Origin: Macrostomum hystrix
Taxonomy: Eukaryota; Animalia; Platyhelminthes
Direction: 5' to 3'
Assembly (NCBI GenBank): GCA_950097015.1
Contig: CATNEN010000038.1
Coordinates: 30,504,001-30,568,000, forward strand
DNA: 64,000 nucleotides
Shown: piece after piece, positions 11,473 to 23,500 of the stretch
Layout: each line of letters starts with the position of its first letter
Numbering within the stretch: the stretch's first letter is position 1
Notes under the pieces: model-generated
Seen by the model: the letters and a program-made list of their open reading frames with translations, nothing else
Databases searched by the model: none
Told to the model about the DNA's origin: nothing
Translations under genes and position numbers: made by a program

Positions 11473-12394
11473 ATAATTTTTTGGGGTTCGATTGACAATA
11501 TCGGTAACTGTGAGGTGGCTAACGGACAGTGCCTTTAGGATTGCACTAGGAACTTATTCCAACAGATTATTTCTTTTTTTTCCTACTAGATTGTTTTTCC
11601 AGAACCTTTATCTTCCTAATTCTCTAATTCTCCATTCTCTAATCCCTCTTATCTTCTCTCGCATTCTCATTTTATTTCCTCTCCCTTACCTTCCTCTCCC
11701 CTTACCTTCCTCTCCTCTTCTCCCTTTCCTCTCCTCTCTTCTGCCCTTCCTCACCCCTCTATATATATCTTCCTCTTTCCTACATTTCTCCCCCTAACTT
11801 TCTCTTACAGTAGCAATGCTAGATAAGAGACTACAATTAAAAATATTCTGTGTAAATGGCGCATTAATACATTGTGGGCATTTTTTTCAAACATTTGATC
11901 ATGGAGACGTGCATTTTTATCCTCTTGAAAATTTTTAATGCGACACACTGTATGACGCAACTGATATAAAAACAACAAAGAAAAGAAATCCTTTTCGCGA
12001 AATATAACGGCGACTGTCATACGACAGGATACAAACCTCGTTATGCGGCAGCAATTTTTATTGATCTAATTCGAATACAACATTGATTTTCCGTTTAAAT
12101 CGATCTTTCATGGGTATTGTTCGCAGTATGAATGCTTCAGGGGCAAGATTACACAGAGCTGCCAGACATACCTAACCAACACTTCCTGACCTACTAAGGC
12201 CCCAAAGGCTCCGAATCGCACGCCTCATATCGCAAATTCAGCACATAGAGCGGAATCGTGGCGAGCATGATGTCGAGGAACAATTTGATCACAAGAATCC
12301 ATGTCACAGATAGCAGATGATTTTAATTTTTAGTATATGAGACTAGCAACCAAGACCCCCTTTGGGGTCACTTGACCCGCAAACAGAGAGGAGG

Positions 12395-12630
12395 CGATAT
12401 TGCCCATTTCGCTGACTCCTGAGCACACACGCACATCTGCCCGGACTTTCTCCTCATGAGGCACTGTACAATCTCACTGTGCCTTGGGTGGTTGACCTCA
12501 AGGGCGCAACTTGCACAACAAGCCCCCAAGCCTTTCCTCCGCGACTGCGCCTAAATAAATGTGGCCTCGCCGCGGAATCGACATCAGGGACCTAGGTGCG
12601 AGGCAAACGCTTGACCCCTACTGACAATTC
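12395..12630 (-). mobile_element. tRNA-derived SINE family B copy
   Basis: Colinear with the reverse complement of 51530-51770 (aagcccccaagcctt, atgtggcctcgcc, cagggacct, ctgactcctgagcacac). Confidence 0.7.
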
Positions 12631-13499
12631 CTCTGGTTTCCTCAGTGAGGGGTCACTCACTGAACCCGCGAACTATTGTTTGAATAGTACCATGATAATT
12701 ATTAGTACTACTGCTGATAATATTCATTATTATTAAATTGTTCATGATTTTTATCTGCTAATTATTACCTGATTCCTGTTATAGTTACTATATTAGGCCA
12801 GATCTTCACGTTCTCATAATCTGCTGCAGTAGCAAAAATAGTAAAATCACAGAGAACTCGAATCTTGTAATTTGCACAAATACCACAGAATGTCAAAGCC
12901 GCAAGCGGAGCACAACCTCGTGTGTCGGAGGAGCATTGTTTTGAAGAAGAGAAAAACCACACTTTATCATCATTGTTTATTTCGAATTCTTTCAAGTTGA
13001 AAATATATTCTGTTTACTTTTAATACGAATTAAATCAGTTGGGTTGCCTTAGTTAGATGCGTAAATGATTTTGGGCTGATTCTGTTACAGAGAAATATAG
13101 TTAGTACGTGGATGACGTAACTGATTTTTCACTGGGGCTTAAGCACATACATGTCAACAAATACTTAAGAATGAGTAAATATAGAATTTAGATACAGAAC
13201 AGGTTGTGGGCAATGGTCAGCGCAGTGCTACAAGCTGATTTTGAGGAGCAGACAAAATGAGAGAATCACTTGGCGAGTAGAAGAAAATATATTTCGAACA
13301 AGAATAGTCATGCTGCTTTTCAAGGGATTGAAACAAGTTTGAATAATTAGGCTTAGAAAGACCAGGAATATTAATGAGAATGCTGGCAGAGACGAGAACC
13401 AAAGACCAATGCTAGGGAATATAGTCTATACGTCAGACTGTACATCTACTAGGTCAGAGACTAAATCTATTACGTCAGGAAGTAGATTTATTATTTCAG

Positions 13500-15100
13500 T
13501 AAGAATATATCTGATAGGTCAGGAAGTAAATCAAATAGGTCAGGAAGTAGATCTAATAGGTCAGGTAGCAGATCTAATTTGTCAGGTAGTAGATCTAATA
13601 GGTCAGGAAGTTGATCTAATAGGTCAGAAAGTAGATCTAATAGGTAAGGAAGTAGATCTAATAGGTCAGGAAGTTGATCTAATAGGTAAGGAAGTAGATC
13701 TAATAGGTCAGGAAGTAGATCTAATAGGTCAGGAAGTAGATCTAATAGGTCAGGAAGTAGATCTAATAGGTCAGGAAGTTGATCTAATAGGTCAGGAAGT
13801 TGATCTAATAGGTAAGGAAGTAGATCTAATAGGTAAGGAAGTAGATCTAATAGGTCAGGAAGTTGATCTAATAGGTAAGGAAGTTGATCTAATAGGTCAA
13901 TAAGTAGATCTAGTAGGTCAGGTAGTAGATCTAATAGGTCAGGAAGTTGATCTAATAGGTCAGAAAGTAGATCTAATAGGTCAGGAAGTTGATCTTATAG
14001 GTAAGGAAGTTGATCTAATAGGTCAATAAGTAGATCTAGTAGGTCAGGTAGTAGATCTAATAGGTCAGGAAGTAGATCTAATAGGTCAGGAAGTAGATCT
14101 AATAGGTCAGGAAGTAGATCTAATAGGTCAGGAAGTAGATCTAATAGGTCAGGAAGTTGATCTAATAGGTAAGGAAGTAGATCTAATAGGTCAGGAAGTA
14201 GATCTAATAGGTCAGGAAGTTGATCTAATAGGTAAGGAAGTAGATCTAATAGGTAAGGAAGTAGATCTAATAGGTCAGGAAGTTGATCTAATAGGTAAGG
14301 AAGTTGATCTAATAGGTCAATAAGTAGATCTAGTAGGTCAGGTAGTAGATCTAATAGGTCAGGAAGTTGATCTAATAGGTCAATAAGTAGATCTAGTAGG
14401 TCAGGTAGTAGATCTAATAGGTCAGGAAGTTGATCTAATAGGTCAGAAAGTAGATCTAATAGGTCAGGAAGTTGATCTTATAGGTAAGGAAGTTGATCTA
14501 ATAGGTCAATAAGTAGATCTAGTAGGTCAGGTAGTAGATCTAATAGGTCAGGAAGTAGATCTAATAGGTCAGGAAGTAGATCTAATAGGTCAGGAAGTTG
14601 ATCTTATAGGTAAGGAAGTTGATCTAATAGGTCAATAAGTAGATCTAGTAGGTCAGGTAGTAGATCTAATAGGTCAGGAAGTAGATCTAATAGGTCAGGA
14701 AGTAGATCTAATAGGTCAGGAAGTAGATCTAATAGGTCAGGAAGTTGATCTAATAGGTAAGGAAGTAGATCTAATAGGTCAGGAAGTTGATCTAATAGGT
14801 CAGGAAGTAGATCTAATAGGTCAGGAAGTAGATCTAATAGGTCAGGAAGTAGATCTAATAGGTCAGGAAGTAGATCTAATAGGTTAGGAAGTAGATCTAA
14901 TAGGTCAGGAAGTTGATCTAATAGGTAAGGAAGTAGATCTAATAGGTAAGGAAGTAGATCTAATAGGTCAATAAGTAGATCTAATAGGTCAATAAGTAGA
15001 TCTAATAGGTAAGGAAGTAGATCTAATAGGTCAGTAAGTAGATCTCATAGGTCAGGAAGTTGATCTAATAAGTGAGGTAGTATATCTAGTTTGTCAGGTT
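13500..15100. repeat. 21-bp minisatellite (GGTCAGGAAGTAGATCTAATA), ~75 units with higher-order blocks
   Basis: Visible tandem array; variant units recur as duplicated blocks. Confidence 0.97.
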
Positions 15101-16109
15101 AAATCTGTGACATAAAACTGATAGCCCAGTCACAGAAACAAAACTCTAAACCACACTTATCACAATGCGAGGAGAAGCAGATTATTAACGCAAAAAAGAA
15201 AACACGAGCGAGGAAAAAACACAACTATTATAATAGGTTTGCAACAAAAAAAAGCTGGGTCCACGAGAAAAAAAAACAGTAGCGAAATGAGAAACGATAC
15301 AGCAGAAAACAACGAAGCTGAAAAACACGCAAAAAAACAAATAGAGAATGAATGTGCTTTTTTGACAAATAATTTTCTTTATGGTCACAGATATTTTTGA
15401 ACGTTTAATGTTGCGCGATGATAATAATAATAATAATAAAACTGGGTCAATAAATCAATAAAGCTAAATAAATATACGCAAAATCTACTTAAAGTAGTAC
15501 AAGCGAGCATTGCAATAATTATAGTTATCATTGAAACTCTTTCATATATCTCTGTTAAATATAAGTGTATAAGTTAGTTAACATGCGTTTTTTACACTAA
15601 ATTTACTACTCGTAAACTAAGTATTAGGCACAACTTTGATATAAATAAGAGAAAAATTTATGGCACAAAATCTGAAACCAATTATATATATATTATAGTA
15701 AGTGCGTGTGCCGCCATGCAGGGGGCTTGGCTGGCTTAGTTCGAAAAAGAACACAATATAATACGCGATTGGCTGAGCTCAGCAAAATTGTCGATCACAT
15801 TAAAAAAATAACTAGCTGAGCACACACACAGACATATGGACATGTGGAATACAATCATATATTCTAGCAAATTTTGTTATATTTGCACTCACTCCTCTTG
15901 TGTCTCTGTGCCACTCAGTGAAATACACGTTCTAACAAGTTTTGCAAGTTACTCTGTCCTTGCCTACATTGTGTTTTATTACTGTCATGGATAGAATAAT
16001 GCTATGTTCAAATACTGCTGCTTGCCCTTTAACATGTAGATATTAGCGCTTAATGCGCTGGCTTAATACAATAGTAAATATAATGTACCCACAAAGGGAA
16101 AATTTTGAG

Positions 16110-16860
16110 AAGAGATTTGGGTTAGAGCAGATTTAGGGTTAAAATCGATTTTGGCTGAGATTAGATTTGGAGTAAGAGTAGACTTATAGTGAGATTACAT
16201 TTTAGGTCAGACGTAGACTTGGGTGAGATTAGATTTAAGGTGAGAGTAGATTTAGGGTGAGATAAGATTTGGGATGAGAGTAGATTTGAGGTGAGATTAT
16301 ATTTGGGGTGAGGGGAGATTTGGGGTGAGATTATATTTGGAGTGAGATTAGATTTGGGGTGAGAGTAGAATTCGAGTGAGAGTAGATTTGGGGTGAGAGT
16401 AGAATTCGGGTGAGAGTAGATTTGGGGTGAGAGTATATTTGGAGTGAGAGTAGATTTGGGATGAGAGTAGAATTCGGGTGAGGGTAGATTTGGGGTGAGA
16501 GTAGATTTGGATTGAGATTAGATTTTGGGTGAGAGTAGATTTATGGTGAGAGCAGAATTCGAGTGAGAGTAGATTTGGGGTGAGAGTAGAATTTGGGTGA
16601 GGGTAGATTTGGGGTGAGATTAGATTTGGGGTGAGAGTAGAATTCGAGTGAGAGTAGATTTGGGGTGAGAGTAGAATTCGGGTGAGAATAGATTTCGGGT
16701 GAGAATAGATTTGGGGTGAGAGTAGATTTGGGGTGAGAGTAGATTTGGGGTGAGAGTAGATTTGGGGTGAGAGTAGATTTGGATTGAGATTAGATTTGGG
16801 GTGAGATTAGATTTGGGGTGAGGATAGAATTTGGTTGGGAGTAGATTTTGGGTTATTTTA
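16110..16860. repeat. 17-bp G-rich minisatellite (AGATTTGGGGTGAGAGT)
   Basis: Visible tandem array with GGGG tracts. Confidence 0.93.
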
Positions 16861-17500
16861 GTCAGAGGGGGAATAGATTTGCTTGAAAGGACTTCTGCTA
16901 AAGTACCTATTGAAAAAGTTGAGAGCAAATGTCAAATTTAATTATTTACAGGAAAAGCCTTTGATTATTTTAAGGTAAAACGCCAGATAAGATTGTAATT
17001 GATTTTGAATTTAGCAGTTTCAGCAAAGAAAAATATTTTGAATTACAGCAAAATCTGTGTTAGAAGTAAAACAAAAAAGAGAATTAAATAAAACGAATGA
17101 AGCAACAGGAAGGAGTTAATGACAAGACAGGAAAAACTTGGCTCACAATGGAAGCATAATAAACATTAAACTAGATAAGAGAAAAAGTAAATGAAAGCGG
17201 GCAAAAAGAAGCAGAAATTTTCAGCAGGCCTAAAGCAAACGGGTTCAAAGTAAATTAGAAATCAAAAGTTACAAAAATTCAATATTGAGTGTTTTTTATT
17301 AAATCTAAAACTTAAAACATAAAAAATGTGTCCATTGTTTTGGTAGATAATTAATTTTTTCTAATTTGATAAACTGTGAATGAATGGAAGATACAAAAAA
17401 GAATTTAATATCTTTGCCCCGGACCAGTCATGCTACCCTTAATTATGCGAGCAATAAAAATAGTTTATGAAAGTGAAGACCTAAAAATGATTGATTAGCG

Positions 17501-20500
17501 TCAGGCATCTGGAAAAGCTACATCAGCGGCCGTGTGCAGATAGCTCAACAGGTGGCCAATGCGATCGCCCGGACCAGAGGGCGTTACACCGCAGCGCCTC
17601 ACAACTTCATCTTCCAGAGTTTTCAATTCTGGCATCTCCACGCGCATCTTCTGCCGCAGGCGCGTCATGAGGCGCCAGGTCTCATCGGCGTGGTATATGT
17701 GCATCAGGCGCTCGATGCATTGAGTCTTCTGGGCGTCAGCAAGGCGATTCGCTTTCAGTGCAGCATTGAAGCCTGCGACCTCAGAGCTGCGGGCGGTTGA
17801 GGATCAGGATGATGATGGGATTCAGGATCAGGATGATGATGGGATTGAGGATCAGGATGATGATGGGATTCAGGATCGGATGATGATGGGATTGAGGATC
17901 AGGATGATGATGGGATTGAGGATCAGGATGATGATGGGATTCAGGATCAGGATGATGATGGGATTGAGGATCAGGATGATGATGGGATTGAGGATCAGGA
18001 TGATGATAGGATTCAGGATCGGATGATGATGGGATTGAAGATCAGGATGACGATGGGATTGAGGATCAGGATGACGATGGGATTGAGGATCAGGATGATG
18101 ATGGGATTGAGGATAAGGATGATGATGGGATTCAGGATCAGGATGATGATGGGATTGAGGATCAGGATGATGATGGGATTGAGGATCAGGATGATGATGG
18201 GATTGAGGATCAGGATGATGATGGGATTGAGGATCAAAATGATGATGGGATTGAGGATCAGGATGACGATGGGATTGAGGATCAGGATGACGATGGGATT
18301 GAGGATCAGGATGATGATGGGATTGAGGATCAGGATGATGATGGGATTGAAGATCAGGATGACGATGGGATTGAGGATCAGGATGACGATGCGATTGAGG
18401 ATCAGGATGATGATGGGATTGAGGATCATAATGATGATGGGATTGAGGATCATAATGATGATGGGATTGAGGATCAGGATGATGATGGGATTGAGGATCA
18501 GGATGATGATGGGATTGAAGATCAGGATGACGATGGGATTGAGGATCAGGATGACGATGGGATTGAAGATCAGGATGATGATGGGATTGAGGATCAGGAT
18601 GATGATGGGATTGAGGATCAGGATGATGATGGGATTGAGGATCAGGATGACGATGGGATTGAGGATCAGGATGATGATGGGATTGAGGATCATGATGATG
18701 ATGGGATTGAGGATCAGGATGATGATGGGATTGAGGATCAGGATGATGATGGGATTGAAGATCAGGATGACGATGGGATTGAGGATCAGGATGACGATGG
18801 GATTGAAGATCAGGATGACGATGGGATTGAAGATCAGGATGACGATGGGATTGAAGATCAGGATGATGATGGGATTGAGGATCAGGATGACGATGGGATT
18901 GAGGATCATAATGATGATGGGATTGAGGATCATGATGATGATGGGATTGAGGATCAGGATGATGATGGGATTGAGGATAAGGATGATGATGGGATTCAGG
19001 ATCAGGATGATGATGGGATTGAGGATCAGGATGATGATGGGATTGAGGATCAGGATGATGATGGGATTGAGGATCAGGATGATGATGGGATTGAGGATCA
19101 GGATGATGATGGGATTGAGGATCAAAATGATGATGGGATTGAGGATCAGGATGACGATGGGATTGAGGATCAGGATGACGATGGGATTGAGGATCAGGAT
19201 GATGATGGGATTGAGGATCAGGATGACGATGGGATTGAAGATCAGGATGACGATGGGATTGAAGATCAGGATGACGATGGGATTGAGGATCATAATGATG
19301 ATGGGATTGAGGATCAGGATGATGATGGGATTGAGGATCATGATGATGATGGGATTGAGGATCAGGATGATGATGGGATTGAGGATCAGGATGATGATGG
19401 GATTGAGGATCAGGATGATGATGGGATTGAGGATCGGATGATGATGGGATTGAGGATCATGATGATGATGGGATTGAGGATCAGGATGATGATGGGATTG
19501 AGGATCAGGATGATGATGGGATTGAAGATCAGGATGATGATGGGATTGAGGATCAAAATGATGATGGGATTGAGGATCAGGATGACGATGGGATTGAGGA
19601 TCAGGATGACGATAGGATTGAGGATCAGGATGATGATGGGATTGAGGATCGGATGATGATGGGATTGAGGATTATGATGATGATGGGATTGAGGATCAGG
19701 ATGATGATGGGATTGAAGATCAGGATGATGATGGGATTGAGGATCAGGATGATGATGGGATTGAGGATCAGGATGATGATCCATGGGATTGAGGATCATG
19801 ATGATGATGGGACTGAGGATCAGGATGATGATGGGATTGAGGATCAGGATGATGATGGGATTGAGGATCATGATGATGATGGGATTGAGGATCAGGATGA
19901 TGATGGGATTGAGGATCATGATGATGATGAGATTGAGGATCAGGATGATGATCGATGGGATTGAGGATCATGATGATGATGGGATTGAGGATCAGGATGA
20001 TGATGGGATTGAGGATCATGATGATGATGAGATTGAGGATCATGATGATGATGGGATTGAGGATCAGGATGATGATGGGATTGAGGATCAGGATGATGAT
20101 GGGATTGAGGATCGGATGATGATGGGATTGAGGATCAGGATGATGATGGGATTGAAGATCAGGATGATGATGGGATTGAGGATCAGGATGATGATGGGAT
20201 TGAGGATCAGGATGATGATGGGATTGAGGATCAGGATGATGATGGGATTGAGGATCGGATGATGATGGGATTGAGGATCATGATGATGATGGGATTGAAG
20301 ATCAGGATGATGATGGGATTGAGGATCAGGATGATGATGGGATTGAGGATCAGGATGATGATGGGATTGAAGATCAGGATGATGATGGGATTGAGGATCA
20401 GGATGATGATGGGACTGAGGATCATGATGATGATGAGACTGAGGATCATGATGATAATGGGACTGAGGATCAGGATGATGACAAAGACAAGACTGCTTAC

Positions 20501-23500
20501 CGATAGCAGCAGTACAATCGGTATTCCACAACGGACTTGAGCATCAGGAAGCACAGCTCAGCCAGACAGCCTGACGCTGTGGATGCGCCGACCGCGGTCG
20601 ATGGTCCCGACGATCCGCCGCCCGAAGAAGTGGAAGACGAAGCCCCGACGCCGGAAGCTGGACTGCCGCCGTTGACGCCAACGCCGGAGCGCTCGTGAAA
20701 GACTCGAATAAAATGTCGAATAAATTGCGATATCTCAAAGTAAGTGCGCCTGGTGCCATTGTTCTGGCCGTTGTCGCCGGCGCTGCTGCGACGCTCCTCG
20801 GCAGCCCAGCAACCGGCCAGGAACAGCACGCTGGCCAGTAGGAAGTGCCGCTTCGCACCGGCGTCGGGATCAGCGGCGCCAACAAGGCTTGGATCCTCTT
20901 TAGGCGGACGCCGACGAATAGCGGCGTCCACGCGCTGCTTCAAGTCTCTGGCCCGACGAAATAAAGATTCGAATGATTCGGCGAGCCACTGGGTCTCGAG
21001 GCTGCTAGCCAGATTAGAGGATGCGGATGGCAAGCCTGAGGAGGGAAGGACAGTGGCACATGAACACTAGAATATGAATATATCACGCATTCAGTTTTTG
21101 TTTGGGTTGGGGTAATACTTCTCTGGAGTAACTATGAAAGGAAGCATATTATCAGGGAATCCCGGTTTGAATATCTTGTATTCGAGAATCCCAATCGGCG
21201 AATCCTGTGAAGGAGAATCCAAAAGGGAAAATGCTATGATAGATAATCCGAAATGGGGAATCCTGTGATTGAGAATCTTAATCGGCGAATCCTGTGATGG
21301 GAATCCAAAATGGAGAATTCTGTGACAGAGAATTCCAATCGGGGAATCCTTTGATAGAGAATCCAAAATGGGGAATCCTGTGATTGAGAATCCTAATCGG
21401 CGAATCCTGTGATGGGAATCCAAAATGGAGAATCCTGTGATTGATTGAGAATCCAAAATGGGGAATCCTGTGATGGAGAATCCCAATTTGGGGAATCCTG
21501 TGATAGAGAATCCCAATCAGGGAATCCAGTGTTAAAAATCCCTATTGGGGAATTATGTGTTGCAGAATCCCGATTGGGAAATTCTCTGTTGGAGAATCCC
21601 GTTTGGGGAATCCGTATCCTCGCGGGGAGAATACCGTCGGGGAAACCTGTGTCAGAAAATCACACTTAGTAATCTTCTGAGGGAGAATCCTGAAGGAAAG
21701 AATCCAGGTTAGCAATTCTCGTCAGGGGAATCACGGTCGTAGAATCCAGTTTGAGGAATCCCAGCCTAAAAATACTACAATTGAGAATAGAATCCTAATA
21801 CATGAGAAAAAAATTTGGTGAATCCTAATATTGGACAACATATAAAACCCATTGATATTACACAAAATATATTAAAGGCAAACCTGCTAGCGAAGAAGAA
21901 GCAGTCAAAGCAACAGAAGAAGAATTCGAACTAGCAACAAAAGAATTGTCTGTGGCCATTTGAACAGGCGGCACGGCGGCCGTTGGACGGCTGGGAGGCG
22001 GCGCCTCCTCAGTCTGGGTGGCGTAATCCCGTTGACGCTGATGCGCCAGATGCCGCGAAGTACCTAGAGGCCTGTATTGATCTAGCAGTTTGACCGGGAG
22101 GCCCAGCAGTAAGCCGGATGGGTGCAGAGGCGGCTGACTTAAACGAACTCGTTTAGCAGGCGGCTGCGAAGATTCTTCCATATGGCGAGCCGAAGATGCG
22201 CGATCGTGATGATGGGAATTCCGCTGGTGCCTACGCTGGGGAGAATTCCCTCTAACGGATTCTCGAGATTCTCTTTGGTGGGATTCCCTTGGCGTAGGGG
22301 AATCCGATCGACGGGATTCTTTAGGCGAGTAGTCTTTACGGCGGGATTCCCTCAGTGGAGGGGAATCCGATCGACGGGATTCCCTAGGCGAGTAGTCTCT
22401 ACGGCGGGATTCTCTCAGCGGAGGGGAATCCGATCGACGGGATTCCCCAGGCGAGAAGTCTCTACGGCGGGATTCCCTCAGCGGAGGGGAATCCGATCGA
22501 CGAGATTCCCTAGGCGAGTAGTTTCCCCGTCGGGAATTCCTTAACGGAGAATCGGCCCGGCTGTGTTCTCGAGAATTTCTGCGATACTCCCGAGAGTGGC
22601 GACGACCGGATTCCCTAGAATTCGCTCGCGGCTCTCGACCATTCGAATCGCGTCGCGAAGAGGAAGGACGACGCGATCGCCTTGGAGATTGTCGACGCCG
22701 CGGCGAGAGCTCTCCGGCAGCGACTGGCGTAGGAGCTGTCGATCTGCAGCTTGAAGACGATTCGCGACGCTTCAACTGCTGCGGCAATGGCGGCGGTGGC
22801 GGAGGCTGCGGCAGCGGAGACTTCGGCTGCAAAAAGTCTGCATTAAAAGAATCCCAAGGCGATGATCCGCCTGTTTGACCAGACGAATAAGGAAAAGTTT
22901 CGTATTGCGTAAACGAACCGTAGCCGCTTTCCGATTCGACGCTTAAACGACGTTCCACAGCTTGTTTGTTTTTTCTAATCGACTCTAAAGAAGGCGTCTG
23001 CCGCTGCTGCTGCGGCTGCTGCGGCGGCAACGGTGGCGGCGGCGAGGCTGGCAGTTCTTCATCGCCGAAGAGTGATTGAAAAATTTGCAACTTATTATCA
23101 ACAGCGCTGCCGGTTTCGGCGGCGGTAGTTGCTTTAGCTCGCCTGATTTCATCGGCTTCGCGTTGCAGATCAAGCGGCGAATAAGGCAGATCGGAGCGCG
23201 GAGACACGCAAGGTATTGTCGCGTCATCAGAATCACCGCAGCCATCAGCTAAAGTAGACCCTACTCCAGCACCGCCATCGGCCCGCAGCGGCGCCAATGC
23301 AGGACCGTCGCCTCCAATTAGATAAACGGCGCGACGAAAAAAGTCCAAACACTTCTGTACGCTGGGTGTTATAGCCTGATCCTTAGCAGCACCACTGGAG
23401 TGTCGCTTCCTATTATTAGCATCGACACTGTCCACTGACCGATTGACCTTGGATTTCAGTGCGCTGCCGCTAACCCAGGCGCTAATGCTGCCACTAACAG

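Noticed and set aside
13409-13903. Heptad DLIGQEV coiled-coil protein
   Set aside because: 21-bp array with recurrent in-frame TAA variants and no unique coding flanks
17766-20554. Long ORFs (poly-MMMGLRIR, ILNPIIIL, DQDDDGIE)
   Set aside because: Translations of a 24-bp minisatellite inside an AFF intron
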